A stretch of 64,000 nucleotides of DNA from Haplodiscus bocki. Lineage: Eukaryota. The notes below the pieces were generated by a model. That model worked only from the letters and a program-made list of their open reading frames with translations. It made no database searches and was not told the origin of the DNA. Positions 1 through 13,044 of this stretch are shown in pieces; the stretch's first letter is position 1, and each line of letters starts with the position of its first letter. The translations under genes were made by a program, and so were the position numbers. The stretch is taken from positions 6,076,001 to 6,140,000 of the forward strand of contig OZ296648.1 in assembly GCA_965655095.1 (NCBI GenBank), read 5' to 3'.

Positions 1-140
1 GGTGATAAATTGCAAAAACAAAACGATGTTTTGTAGTTTTGGTCGTAATTCAAACTTGGTGGTAAAATTTTCTCCCAAAAACTGTTTCGTCATTTGATTG
101 TATCAGATAAGGTGATAAATTGCAATAACAGATACGAAAC
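1..140. repeat. ~110-bp satellite, partial array at window edge
   Basis: Same unit (ttctcccaaaaactgtttcgtc...ccagataaggtgataaattgc) as 5727-6020. Confidence 0.85.
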
Positions 141-335
141 AAAATTAATCGCGCTTTTTACTTTGAAAATTAGCCACATTCTTTTATCGAGAACTGGTTG
201 GTAGGAAAAGATTTGCGTCGTACAGTGGTCAGTTTTTTCCCAGTGGCAAAGTCTATGAACGTAATTTTATTCTTTTCTATTCTAACTGAAAGTGGAGCCC
301 AGTTCAATTTGAAATTCAAATTTTCTCATTTAATT

Positions 336-3205
336 TTTATTATTATTATTATTATTATTGATTTGAAAATGGGAGTGATCCCATTGAATGCTTAGGTCAA
401 TAACCAAAATTGTTTAAGATTCAGCTTGCATGACACACAACCACAGTTGGGGTACCACTTGCAAGTGTTGTTGATATCACAATGGTCGTTGGAAAATTTC
501 CAAAAACATTTTAAGAGTCTGCCTTTCATCCCTCGAGTGTCCGTGAAATTCATATGTTTGTCCACTCTGTTTACTATTTTGCACAGTCTGTAAAAGAAGT
601 CGCTTCGCTGGGACTGTTCAGCGATAGTGTGCGGATGGAATGAGGTACTTCTAGTATTTGAAGTGGATGTTGACTGATTTAATTTGCAGTTCCTTTGCCA
701 GTTTAGTATATCCCTTCATCTTTCCTCCCGCTATTGTGAAGTTACAATTTTTTCTTGTGTTTTCGAATAATTGCATTTGACTGATCGCGTATTCAAGATC
801 TATCTGTGATATCCATGGCGGCTTGTTCTGATTTTCTGTTATTTCTGTACTTCTGATTTTTAATTCAGTAAGTCTTCCATAGTCGGCATATGTGTCTCTT
901 TATTATGCAGCTAATATTTAATTTTCTTGGTCCCAATGCAACATTTGCTGATTTGTCCTTTTTCACGGTTATCATCACCGGTGATTTGAAACAATCCTCA
1001 TCTAATTTTTGTATTTTCTGCAGATATTTGGATTGAACTCAGTTGGTTATTTCTTTCAACATATTTTTGTCAGTGGTTTGGCATAGGTCTAGGTTTTTGC
1101 TTTGCAAAAATTAGTAATAGTACAATTATAGTAAGGCATATACTAGGGTGGAGGTAAGACGTTTAATACAAACATTGCGGGCTGGTAATCGTGGGATGGC
1201 AGAATCCATGTCATTATCCTTTGATGGAACTTTCCCAGTTCGGCAACTCTGGTTTTTGATGCACACCAGCATTGGTTGGCATAGCAAACAATAGGTAGTA
1301 TAGATGTTTTAAAAACATATAGTTTGCTCCTGGGTGGCAGAGATGGTGAGAAAATTCGTCGAAAAAATTGATATGTTCTGTTTGCTTTTGTAATGGAATG
1401 TTTTATGTGAGTTGCCCAGTTAAGGTTCGATTCAATTTTTAGGCTGAGATCGTTTACTAAGCGAGAAGGAGTTACAGTTATGGCATCCAGTACAATTGGT
1501 TCATGACGCGAAGATAAAAGCGGGAGGAACTGACATTTGGATAGGTTTAATTGCATTTGGTTTGTCGAAATCCATTCCATAATTGCATCGAAGTCCTGAT
1601 TAAGATCTAGTCTGTCTGATTCACTTGTCGAAATATTGCGTTTTGAGTCATTCGCGAAGAGGTATGCAGACGAAAAGAAGATTGAATCAGGTTAATCGTT
1701 GATAAAAATAAGAAAAAGTAGGGGTCCAAGAAGTGACCCTTGAGGAACACCACTGAGAACGTGCGACCACGAGGAAATTTGATCATTGATTCTGACGGCC
1801 TGGCCTCGATGTTGTAGATGGTCTGTGATAACTGCTGACATAGACTCTTGCACTCCAAGTGATGATAGCTTGGTCACAAGAATTTTGTGGTTTACTTTAT
1901 CAAATGTCAAATGCTTTGGCAAAATCAGAGAATATTAGGCCTTTTTTGCTGTTGTCGTTATCAAAGTGGATATGATGGAGGCAGGTTAAAAGTTGATTAA
2001 TGGTTGATTTACGGGACTGAAACCCAAATTGCTGTGATGACACAAACTTTATGAATTGAAAGTGGAACGTATATACATCTCTCATGGACTTTGCCCGCAA
2101 TATCTAGCAATGTTACAGGTCGGTAAAGTTCTACCTTTGATTTGCTGCCTTTTTTATATATGGGAGTAACAATTCCAATTTTCCGTTTCGTTGAGTACTT
2201 GCCAAGGCACTTGATGGGTTTGAAGATATTGTGTAAAGAAGAAGCTATTGCCTCCGCTGTACCTTTATAAATAATTGGAGACACATTATCGGGTCCTTGA
2301 ATTTTTCTAGTGTTGAGATCTTTGCAAATTTTGGCAATCGTAGTTTTCGCGATGCAGTAGTCGCTGCTAGTACATGTCTATGAGGGGATTGTAATTGTAT
2401 GGTTTGAGTCGGTACCATTTGGACACAGATACAAAGTATTCATTTAGGAGGTCAGCTTTCTTTCTATCGGTGACAGCGGTTTTTCCATTGTTTGAAAGTG
2501 TAAGAAGAGCTCATCTGTCAGATTTATTAAAGTTGATGTATTTGAATATTGTAGCAAGATTTCGACTATCAGAGGGCGATATTTCGCATTCTTTTTTGCC
2601 GTTGGTTGCTGTTTCTTCTGACTGTTGTGAAAGATTTTGTACTTTGAGTATTAAATCTGATGAGAGACGGAGGTACAATTCGGTTTCTTTACTGCAGTAT
2701 CTTTTCATAAAATTGGATGTTGAAGGACTAATCCAAGGTTGTAGGGACTGTCGGTGCTTTTTTCTGATTGGGACGTTTTTTTGAAGTACATCAAGTAACC
2801 GGGAATACCATTCGTCAACCATTACGTCTGTGTTACTGTAAGAATTCGGGGGTGAAGGTGGTTCCAGTCATGAGGTCTCGTAGAAGAGAAGAATCACCAC
2901 GACAGAAACTGAACACTTTTCTTATGCTGGTTTTTGATGCACACTCATTTTTGCAACTTACGTCAATCATGATTGGAATGTGGTCACTTAAGTAACGGTC
3001 GTCAGTTGATACAAATTGGTTCTTGAAAGCTTCTGAATTTTGCAGAGAGATTACTGATTCGGGTGAGTGCGTCATGACGACGTCTAACGTATTCTTTCCC
3101 ACAGTAGGAAGGTCAATTAGTTGTGTCCAATTTAAAATTGAAAAAATCTGAGCAATTTTGTCTTTGTATTCGTCTGGGCTACTAAGAGATTCACAGTCCA
3201 TGTTC
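336..3205 (-). mobile_element. CR1/L2-type non-LTR retrotransposon, copy 1 (5' part lost by deletion, decayed)
   Basis: Frameshifted RT fragments (YRPVTLL, QFGFQ, DFAKAFD, GVPQGSLLGPLLFLIFIND), APE C-terminus (LDVV...SDH), Cys-rich end (CKWYPNCGCVSC) and (AAT)n tail at ~336-359. Confidence 0.9.
706..1115 (-). mobile_element. Ty3/gypsy reverse-transcriptase fragment embedded in the LINE (copy 1)
   Basis: Same sequence as 6585-6994. Confidence 0.7.
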
Positions 3206-3329
3206 TTATTTTTCTGATTGCGACCACAGTTACATTTGTGTTCATTTGCACGTTAAAAAAATTTTGTTGCCTATTTGCAATTGATTGAAATTTGATAAGA
3301 AGTTATTTGTAGAAAAACTTCAAGGATAA

Positions 3330-5680
3330 ATGATTCACTTGAACGTTTGCGCCAGAGAGGCTGTCAGTAGTAGGGACGTGAGTAGATGTGTTGAGCGGGG
3401 GTTAGAAGACCTTCTGTTCGAAAATAGATTCCAGCGAGCTGACTGGAGTCGAGAGCTCAGAGGCGTCTTCCAACTTAGCCGGTAACCTAGTACTCTACAA
3501 GTCTCTGGGTCACGGAATACTTGAACGTGATTGCCTCTTGAAGTTTTAGAGTTTTTTGTGCTCGATCCTGATAGAATGCTGACAACTTCTTGCTAAAGTT
3601 GATTGTTCCAGGCAATGCATTAAGAAAGCACAACAATGTGAAAATATAAGGTTAACGTCGGCAGTGTTTTAAGATGAGGTTCACTTGGGCCAGGTTTCAC
3701 TCTAAAGAGATCTCTATTCAAAAAAAAATACAAAAAAAGGAAAAGCTGTAAGGTCTCAAGGAATGGCACAATTTGGCACTGTATCAAGATAGTGTTTAGA
3801 TCTGCCAAGTAATGAGACAGGGTTATACTGCTTAATTCTATCGAGATGTGCTATACTTCCTGAGGTAATAAATTAGGACTATAATTTGTAAAAAAAAAGA
3901 TATCCTTCGTCATTTCGCAAACACTAGGTATGGTTCAGCAGGTTTTTTAAAAATACCAAATACTCAACAATGATTTTTTGTGGGGTATACTTTGGCGCGG
4001 TACTAAGATGGGAATTACTTCAGCGCTGATCTGAGATAGGACTACAATATCATAAGCTTGAGTTTGTTCCGACAATGAATAAAGATAGACATGCTCTGAT
4101 AAAATGTTAAGATAGTGTTCACTTCGACAATGTGAAGCTTGAGGGGATATTTGACGCTTCTTTTCTTTCCCATGCAGAGTGTCATCTCATCAGTTGAATT
4201 TGTTTCATCTGGTTGATTTGTTCCGGGAAGTTGTTGCGCTTTCATGAGATTTTTTGTTGCAATTGTCAGCCTTCTTTAGTCAACATGTCCCCAGTAGAAA
4301 TGATATAAGCATCGGTATTTAATTTCTTCTCGAAACCAAAGAACCGCTGTAAGGAAAAGAATGTTTGACAGTTCGTTCACTGGTTATGTTAACCAGTCCT
4401 CCCTCGTAATGTCCTTCCATTTCTAGTAAAGAATAAATTGTAACACCATCTACATTTCCTCCGTCAATGTTTTTATGCTTTGCTACTTTGCTACAATCAA
4501 GTTGCAAGACCCTCTAGCTTTCCTTCAAACTTTTTTGTTAAACGTTTTTCACTGATATGTCGTTCGTCAATCACAAAAAAAATTTTGACTTGTGGAGACT
4601 GTGGTACATAAAAAACAGAAGGAACAAGAAGCAGTGTGAGTTACAAAAAACATGCTCAGTATAAACATTGTGTTCTAGTGTTCAACTTCTTATCAAACTC
4701 TTCGAAGGACTCCTTACCTCTATAGTTTTCTCATATTACCTTTGATTTTTGATTTTGCTTTTTTGGACAAGTGTTAATCAATTTTGAACCAGTAACTCTT
4801 CTCAAAATGGGAATCAGTTTTTACGCAAATTAAAGCCAAGTTTCGTCCCTATTGTCCTAATAATCTGTGAATTTATGTTCCGTCCCTGAACGCTTGTAGC
4901 TTGATCTTTTGGAACACCTATTGGAGTATATTGAAGTTATGTGATGCTTGTCTACACTTCTAGTAGTATAGTTTGAGAATTGGCAGTTTTTTTCTGCGAG
5001 AAAGAGAACTTGGTTCAATTCAACTAGTGATCAGGTCGAATCTGAAAGAAAGTTTACTTTTTGGAAACAAAATTAACAGTTCTATGTTTTTGTGCATAAC
5101 CATTTATACCTAAGCGTTTCTCATTATGTGAGGCTGATTTTTGCCGACAACCAGAAAAACGGAAGACGACTCCTTACTTATGAAACATTGAGTACTGGTG
5201 AGGGTTTCGCTTTCCTCCCATATACGAAATCGTTTCTTTTCTGCCTGAATGTCAAATTCTTCAAATAAGAATCGTCGATGTTTTCGTTTTACAAACTTCT
5301 TGCTGTATGTTGATAATTCTAGCTGCAAACCATTTTTGGATATGAATCCCGAATTAGGTACAGAAAAACATTCGCATTTTGAGTGGTTACGAAAACTTCC
5401 CGACTCTTGGTGCAGTTTTTTAGTTTGTGCTCATATTTGAAAGTAGAAGTAACAATGTGTTAGCCTGTACTGCATCCAGGAAGCTTGTTTCTGAAGTTTT
5501 TTGAGTAGCAATCATGGTACATTGATGCTATAATTCAAACTAAACCCATTTACTAACAACTTTTTCAAAAGTCTCGTTGCTCATTTCCGCAAATCATGTT
5601 TAAAAAATTCTAGTTACTGAGCGCAATTGTGTTGGAATTCACAATCAAAACAATTGTTGCTCCTCTGCTTCCATTACCTG
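3330..5680 (-). pseudogene. Decayed multi-exon gene of unknown function (copy in duplicated block)
   Basis: Short GT-AG introns with pyrimidine tracts on the minus strand at ~3880-4018, ~4600-4717 and ~5042-5109 separate coding-like segments that contain stops and frameshifts. No recognisable domain. Confidence 0.45.
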
Positions 5681-5726
5681 AACAAACTAAATTTTGAACG
5701 ACCTTAACAAAAGTATATGGAAGAAA

Positions 5727-6020
5727 TTTCTCCCAAAAACTGTTTCGTCATTTTATTATACCAGATAAGGTGATAATTTGCAAAAACAGATATGAAGTTT
5801 TGTAGTTTTGGTCGTAACTCATTTTTGATCGTAGAATGTTCTCCCAAAAACTGTTTCGTCTGTTTGTTATACCAGATAAGGTGATAAATTGCAAAAACAA
5901 AACGATGTTTTGTAGTTTTGGTCGTAATTCAAACTTGGTGGTAAAATTTTCTCCCAAAAACTGTTTCGTCATTTGATTGTATCAGATAAGGTGATAAATT
6001 GCAATAACAGATACGAAACA
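5727..6020. repeat. ~110-bp satellite (~2.7 units)
   Basis: Unit restarts (ttctcccaaaaactgtttcgtc) near 5727, 5839 and 5949. Confidence 0.9.
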
Positions 6021-6584
6021 AAATTAATCGCGCTTTTTACTTTGAAAATTAGCCACATTCTTTTATCGAGAACTGGTTGGTAGGAAAAGATTTGCGTCGT
6101 ACAGTGGTCAGTTTTTTCCCAGTGGCAAAGTCTATGAACGTAATTTTATTCTTTTCTATTCTAACTGAAAGTGGAGCCCAGTTCAATTTGAAATTCAAAT
6201 TTTCTCATTTAATTTTTATTATTATTATTATTATTATTGATTTGAAAATGGGAGTGATCCCATTGAATGCTTAGGTCAATAACCAAAATTGTTTAAGATT
6301 CAGCTTGCATGACACACAACCACAGTTGGGGTACCACTTGCAAGTGTTGTTGATATCACAATGGTCGTTGGAAAATTTCCAAAAACATTTTAAGAGTCTG
6401 CCTTTCATCCCTCGAGTGTCCGTGAAATTCATATGTTTGTCCACTCTGTTTACTATTTTGCACAGTCTGTAAAAGAAGTCGCTTCGCTGGGACTGTTCAG
6501 CGATAGTGTGCGGATGGAATGAGGTACTTCTAGTATTTGAAGTGGATGTTGACTGATTTAATTTGCAGTTCCTTTGCCAGTTTA

Positions 6585-6994
6585 GTATATCCCTTCATCT
6601 TTCCTCCCGCTATTGTGAAGTTACAATTTTTTCTTGTGTTTTCGAATAATTGCATTTGACTGATCGCGTATTCAAGATCTATCTGTGATATCCATGGCGG
6701 CTTGTTCTGACTTTCTGTTATTTCTGTACTTCTGATTTTTACTTCAGTAAGTCTTCCATAGTCGGCATATGTGTCTCTTTTTTATGCAGCTAATATTTAA
6801 TTTTCTTAGTCCCAATGCAACATTGGCTGATTTGTCTTTTTGCACGGTTATCGTCACCGGTGATTTGAAACAATCCTCATCTAATTTTTGTATTTTCTGC
6901 AGATATTTGGATTGAACTCAGTTGGTTATTTCTTTCAACATATTTGTGTCAGTGGTTTGGCATAGGTCTAGGTTTTTGCTTTGGAAAAATTAGT
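6585..6994 (-). mobile_element. Ty3/gypsy reverse-transcriptase fragment embedded in the LINE (copy 2)
   Basis: Manual translation across frameshifts: QKPRPMP...DCFKSPVTITVQKDKSANVALGLRKLN...HMPTMEDLL...WISQIDLEYAISQM...CNFTIAGG, which matches gypsy RT motifs SPxxxVxKxD..D.RxLN, PxxxxL and SxxDLxxAYxQ. Confidence 0.75.
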
Positions 6995-8701
6995 AATAGT
7001 ACATTTATAGTAAGGCATATAGTAAGGTGGAGGTAAGACGTTTAAAACAAACATTGCGGGCTGGTAATCGTGGGATGGCAGAATCCATGTCATTATCCTT
7101 TGATGGAACTTTCCCAGTTCGGCAACTCTGGTTTTTGATGCACACCAGCATTGGTTGGCATAGCAAACAATAGGTAGTATAGATGTTTTAAAAACATATA
7201 GTTTGCTCCTGGGTGGCAGAGATGGTGAGAAAATTCGTCGAAAAAATTGATATGTTCTGTTTGCTTTTGTAATGGAATGTTTTATGTGAGTTGCCCAGTT
7301 AAGGTTCGATTCAATTTTTAGGCTGAGATCGTTTACTAAGCGAGAAGGAGTTACAGTTATGGCATCCAGTACAATTGGTTCATGACGCGAAGATAAAAGC
7401 GGGAGGAACTGACATTTGGATAGGTTTAATTGCATTTGGTTTGTCGAAATCCATTCCATAATTGCATCGAAGTCCTGATTAAGATCTAGTCTGTCTGATT
7501 CACTTGTCGAAATATTGCGTTTTGAGTCATTCGCGAAGAGGTATGCAGACGAAAAGAAGATTGAATCAGGTTAATCGTTGATAAAAATAAGAAAAAGTAG
7601 GGGTCCAAGAAGTGACCCTTGAGGAACACCACTGAGAACGTGCGACCACGAGGAAATTTGATCATTGATTCTGACGGCCTGGCCTCGATGTTGTAGATGG
7701 TCTGTGATAACTGCTGACATAGACTCTTGCACTCCAAGTGATGATAGTTTGGTCACAAGAATTTTGTGGTTTACTTTATCAAATGTCAAATGCTTTGGCA
7801 AAATCAGAGAATATTAGGCCTTTTTTGCTGTTGTCGTTATCAAAGTGGATATGATGGAGGCAGGTTAAAAGTTGATTAATGGTTGATTTACGGGACTGAA
7901 ACCCAAATTGCTGTGATGACACAAACTTTATGAATTGAAAGTGGAACGTATATACATCTCTCATGGACTTTGCCCGCAATATCTAGCAATGTTACAGGTC
8001 GGTAAAGTTCTACCTTTGATTTGCTGCCTTTTTTATATATGGGAGTAACAATTCCATTTTTCCGTTTCGTTGAGTACTTGCCATGGCACTTGATGGGTTT
8101 GAAGATATTGTGTAAAGAAGAAGCTATTGCCTCCGCTGTACCTTTATAAATAATTGGAGACACATTATCGGGTCCTTGAATTTTTCTAGTGTTGAGATCT
8201 TTGCAAATTTTGGCAATCGTAGTTTTCGCGATGCAGTAGTCGCTGCTAGTACATGTCTATGAGGGGATTGTAATTGTATGGTTTGAGTCGGTACCATTTG
8301 GACACAGATACAAAGTATTCATTTAGGAGGTCAGCTTTCTTTCTATCGGTGACAGCGGTTTTTCCATTGTTTGAAAGTGTAAGAAGAGCTCATCTGTCAG
8401 ATTTATTAAAGTTGATGTATTTGAATATTGTAGCAAGATTTCGACTATCAGAGGGCGATATTTCGTATTCTTTTTTGCCGTTGGTTGCTGTTTCTTCTGA
8501 CTGTTGTGAAAGATTTTGTACTTTGAGTATTAAATCTGATGAGAGACGGAGGTACAATTCGGTTTCTTTACTGCAGTATCTTTTCATAAAATTGGATGTT
8601 GAAGGACTAATCCAAGGTTGTAGGGACTGTCGGTGCTTTTTTCTGATTGGGACGTCTTTTTGAAGTACATCAAGTAACCGGGAATACCATTCGTCAACCA
8701 T
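6995..8701 (-). pseudogene. LINE ORF2 reverse transcriptase domain (frameshifted)
   Basis: ORF pieces 8390-8701, 7888-8163, 7779-7979, 7571-7801 and 6968-7459 carry successive non-LTR RT motifs. The catalytic FADD has decayed to FAND. Confidence 0.9.
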
Positions 8702-8746
8702 TACGTCTGTGTTACTGTAAGAGTTCGGGGGTGAAGGTGGTTCCAG

Positions 8747-9535
8747 TCATGAGGTCTCGTAGAAGAGAAGAATCACCACGACAGAAACTGAACACTTTTT
8801 TATGCTGGTTTTTGATGCACACTCATTTTTGCAACTTACGTCAATCATGATTGGAATATGGTCGCTTAAGTAACGGTCGTCAGTTGATACAAATTGGTTC
8901 TTGAAAGCTTCTGAATTTTGCAGAGAGATTACTGATTCGGGTGAGTTCGTCATGACGACGTCTAACGTATTCTTTCCCACAGTAGGAAGGTCAATTAGTT
9001 GTGTCCAATTTAAAACTGAAAAAGTCTGAGCAATTTTGTCTTTGTACTCGTCTGGGCTACTAAGAGATTCCCAGTCCATGTTCAAGAGGTTGAGATCTCC
9101 AACAATATAACAAAGTTGATGGGGTTTTGTATTGCTAAAATGCTGAAAAAGGTCATTAAGTTCGTTCTGAGGGATACGGTACTTGCTATTGGCTGGGGTG
9201 TTGTAAAGACAACAGATGTTAAATTCAATATCTCGAATTGTTATGGAGACCCAAAGGAAAGATTCGCTAAATGTCGACGGAAACTGAGACAAGTCTTGCA
9301 CTGTAAAATTGAATTCAGATGATTTTTCGATGAGGACACCTCCGTGTCTTGACGAAGAATTATTAACAGTACGTTCTGCTCGTATTATTGTATACCGAGG
9401 AAGGGAAATTTCGAATGAAAAGAATTTGCTGGTGAGCCAAGTTATATCAGTCACACAGAAATTTTTTGTGATTAGAAATAAGGATGGCATTGGCAAAAAC
9501 TTGACGTCGTTAAAGTTGTAGTAAGCTTCTGGCAT
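8747..9535 (-). pseudogene. LINE ORF2 APE-type endonuclease domain
   Basis: Motifs R...HGGVLI, YNTP, IVGDLN, PTVGKNTLDVV and SDH. Confidence 0.9.
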
Positions 9536-9579
9536 TTAGTAGCAGAATGTTTATTGAAGTTAGTCATACGGAAACTTAT

Positions 9580-10390
9580 TCTGTGTCCTCTTCCAGAGGC
9601 GCTTCTTTTGAATCTAGGAAGAGTTTAAAAGATCAGATCTTTACCTTGCTTTGCTCTACACTTTTTTCTATAAGCTCACGTCGTTAACGGAGGATTTTGT
9701 TGTTTTTGTTTATTTCGTCTTCCGTCAGTCCCCGGGTTAAATTGATAGTTCTGCCAGCGTAGTCTTTCAATTTATTTGTTCTGGATAAAATTTTGTGAGC
9801 GTCCCAATTGGACTTCAGAGTGAGAAGCAGTGTACGGGGTCAAGCGTTTTCATCAGGTCGTCTTTTTCCAAATCTTCGTAGCGGTGCGATGGGTGGGGTT
9901 TCATCAAAGAATTTCAGACCCTCGTTTAATTATTTTTCCTCGAGTTGGTCAATTTCTGCACGTTTGTTCGATTTTGATTCAGGTATACCATCTACGCGTA
10001 CCTGGTACATAGGTTGGTTATTGACAGTTTTGTTTTGGATGGGGGCAGTTGGGGCAGCAGTTTGCTGTGACGGTGCACTTGTCATAACAGAACGTACAGT
10101 ATCTTGAAATGTTTTGACAGAGTTTTTATTGAGTTCCTGAACTTGTTTCGTCAAGGCATTCATCTCAATCTCTGATTTTAGCAAATTTTTGTTCATTTTT
10201 TAGATTCGCGAAACTGTCATAGCATTCAACGGAAAAGACACAGGACGGAATATTTGTTCATCTTGTTTGAACGTTTTTTCACGGCTTCATCGTCATTCGC
10301 CAGGATTTCAGCGACCGTGGTGAAGTAGTCTTCGGACTGGGGCTCTAGTCGTTGTCGGGGTAAATCTGTTGGGTCGATGTTCAACAAATT
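9580..10390 (-). pseudogene. LINE ORF1 remnant (coiled coil plus RRM-like region)
   Basis: Coiled-coil segment followed by QVRVDGIPE; downstream RRFGK...PRTLL in another frame; lies upstream of the APE domain. Confidence 0.65.
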
Positions 10391-10964
10391 GGAAAAGATT
10401 CAGATGATAAAATTATGAGACTGCAATCTCCAGTTGTACCTAAGAAGGCACTGGGGAGAAAGAGAAGAACAACTTTACTTTGACACTTATAACACAAATA
10501 AGTAATCCAATTCACCACCAAAATGATTTAGCTGATTATAAATGCCGCCGATAATACTACGGCAATATCGATAGTACTACGGCAATACCGATAATTATGC
10601 AACTGCGAGATCAACAAAGAACTCTAAGAAGTCACTGGGAAACAAACACTAGGCAATTTAGTGAGTAAATAAATAAAGGTAAATGAAGAATTGAGAATAA
10701 TAAGTGGCAGACGCATACGTCCAAACTACCACTAGTAAATATTGCGTGATGAATACACGAACTGGAGTGTCAACTGCCACCCCCGCATTAATTCACTTAA
10801 AAAGATCTGTTTAGTAAGTTTGTAATTGAGTAATGTAAAAAGTAATAAGTAAGTACTTGAAAAAAGTAAATTTATTTAATAAGTAATGGAGAATATTGTA
10901 CATGATACATGAGTGCCAAAAACCGCCCCAACCCTACACACACATGCAAACACTAAAGCCACAA

Positions 10965-11515
10965 GGGTACTAGTTTTCTGTAAACAAAACTCTGCATTTC
11001 TCGAATCTTGTGATAACTGAAGCGCTGATTTTGTCTAACAAATTTTTGCTTTGTAATCGTGAAACCGTTGAATGTAAAATGTTTTCCAAGAAAAATGCAA
11101 GAAAAACATTCAGAGGAGCCCAAATCTGATTAATATATTCTTTTTGGGCTTTTCTAAGATTTAGTTCCGAACTCCTACAAAGAACTGTTGATAAAAATGT
11201 TATAAATCCAACACCTTCACATTTGATAAACTTTTTCCTTTTGTACTTAAAGACGAAATTAATCATTCAAAGTACTTTAATTGAATTCAAGTTTCAACTG
11301 TTATCTCAATAAAAAAAAATTTTCTGACGGTGCTCTGCATATTGCCTTACCTATCAGACTTTCAGGCCAAAAACTTGAGTTTCTTTTTTCATCTGTAGTT
11401 AAAGCAAGTACTGGAACATCATCAACCGGAAAAATTGAAAACCAGTGAAAAATGAAATGATGCAAAATCGGAACAATATCCACGCATTGGACTGGGGAAA
11501 AAATCTACGTCCAAG
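10965..11515 (-). pseudogene. Probable 5' exon(s) of the unknown duplicated gene
   Basis: ORFs 10970-11266 and 11301-11483 (repeated at 21972-22515) are on the same strand as the exon-like block. Function is unrecognised. Confidence 0.3.
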
Positions 11516-11804
11516 CACTGTTATTTTTCAAATTTTTGCTGGTATCGGTGTTTTGCTTCTGATTTTTTTCTAGAGCACTTGATGTCAAGTTACACTTGAA
11601 GTCTTAGATTTCATGTACTTGTGGTAGTCGGAGCGTATATTAAAACAATATTCAAATACTTAGATCCAAATATTCTCAAATTTGTCACATTAATTCGTAT
11701 CTTATTTTCCACTTTTTCAAAGCGGCGACCATTCATCGCATGTAACGTGTTGATTCCCAAAGTGTCAGAAAATTGCAAATTATTCAAAGTGTCGAAACTG
11801 GCTT

Positions 11805-13040
11805 TGTATTTACCTTAGTATCGGCCTCTACTGTGATTTTTCCGGTGAAATTAACATCATTTTCATTAACGTCCTGACTTTTTTTTCGTTACCAGTGACA
11901 TCATTTTGTCTTTTATTATTTCTTTGTCCTGTGGTGTTTTTGTGATTGGTTATCTTGTATCGACGGTGAATTCTTTTTAGTTACCGTCACTTTTTGTTTT
12001 CATGGTTTTATGTTTTCCTCGGTTGGTTAGGTCTCTTATTTCGGTCAATATAATTATTGACTAGTCGGAGTCGCTTTCTTCGGTCTCACCGGGTTACGTA
12101 ATTTCTTTGCTTTCTTGTCGTTTTCAGTGTTCGAATTTACGAGATTTCTGGAAGTTTTCTGCTCTGGCTAAGTGTCCTCTAGTTTTACTTTTTTGACATG
12201 ATGATTCTCGTGGTGGACATTGGTGGTTCGGGTTCCAATTTGGTGCGTAGGAATATCTGGAGTTTCGATTTTTTGATTTCCCCTTCGGTCTCGTTCCGTT
12301 TTGTCCCGTATATGTTTCTCTGTTTATGGACTATTCCTTGACGTTTTTTTCCGGTGACATTTTGGAGCATTTGGTTTGGTTTTTTTCTTGTTCCTTCGGT
12401 CGTAGCTGTTTTGTTATATCTGTTCGACAACTTTCCTTCGAAAAAAATTTCTCCTTGGGATATCTTTTCATTTCTTTTCGGTAGGTAATATCTGTTACTT
12501 AATTTGTTTAGTTTTTCAGTTTTCAATTTGTTCGCATCGGTTTGGTATTCAGATTGTGTTTTTTGATGTGTTGCTTTGAGTCCCAGGTCCCAAAGGAATT
12601 TTTGTCGTATCTTATCTTCTTTAGTGTTCCATTCGTTTCGGGTCATTGTTTCTTCCGTGATTAGTGGTCCGATATCAATCTCAATTTTTCATTTTATGTA
12701 TTGTTTAAGCCGATCGAGCCATTGTCGGTAGGTATATATTCGTGTACCGTCAAGTCCATTGTGGTCTAATTACTGTATTTTTAACCGGTCTTCGGTCATT
12801 CGTTCTCGGTGTGATTAAACTTTTAGTAATTTTTTGAAGAAAGTTGTGGTGGTGAATTAGGCTGACTGCGCCATGTTCTTTTCTGATAAACTAGACAAAG
12901 AACAATATGCACAAACATCTAACTATACTCTATATCTTTAATTTGGTATAATGAATTTAAAATTGGTATATTGAAATGAATATTTAATTTGGTCACTTGA
13001 TATGAAGTAACGTAAAAATTACTTCAAACAAAATAATTAC
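11805..13040 (-). mobile_element. Ty3/gypsy LTR-retrotransposon 5' remnant (LTR end, PBS, decayed gag)
   Basis: On the minus strand an LTR-like end ...AGAACA is followed at once by TGGCGCAGTCAG (12873-12862), then a gag-like ORF 12185-12646 (FLW..G.....YYLPKRN....G.FF). Confidence 0.65.
12862..12873 (-). promoter_or_regulatory. Primer-binding site, tRNA-Ser type
   Basis: TGGCGCAGTC is complementary to a tRNA-Ser 3' end (GACUGCG-CCA) and sits directly after a ...CA LTR terminus. Confidence 0.65.
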
Positions 13041-13044
13041 TTCT

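Larger units (their letters stand above)
6215..10786 (-). mobile_element. Full-length but decayed CR1/L2-type LINE, copy 2
   Basis: 5' UTR, ORF1 remnant, APE endonuclease, RT, Cys-rich C-terminus and (AAT)n tail at 6215-6238, in the canonical order. The 5' boundary is approximate. Confidence 0.9.

Noticed and set aside
198-395. 65-aa ORF with poly-Ile, repeated three times
   Set aside because: It reads through the antisense of the LINE (AAT)n tail, and its recurrence is due to the duplication.
4319-4507. 2OG-Fe(II) oxygenase-like look of EGHYEGGLV
   Set aside because: Only one short motif; no convincing HxD...H triad could be assembled.
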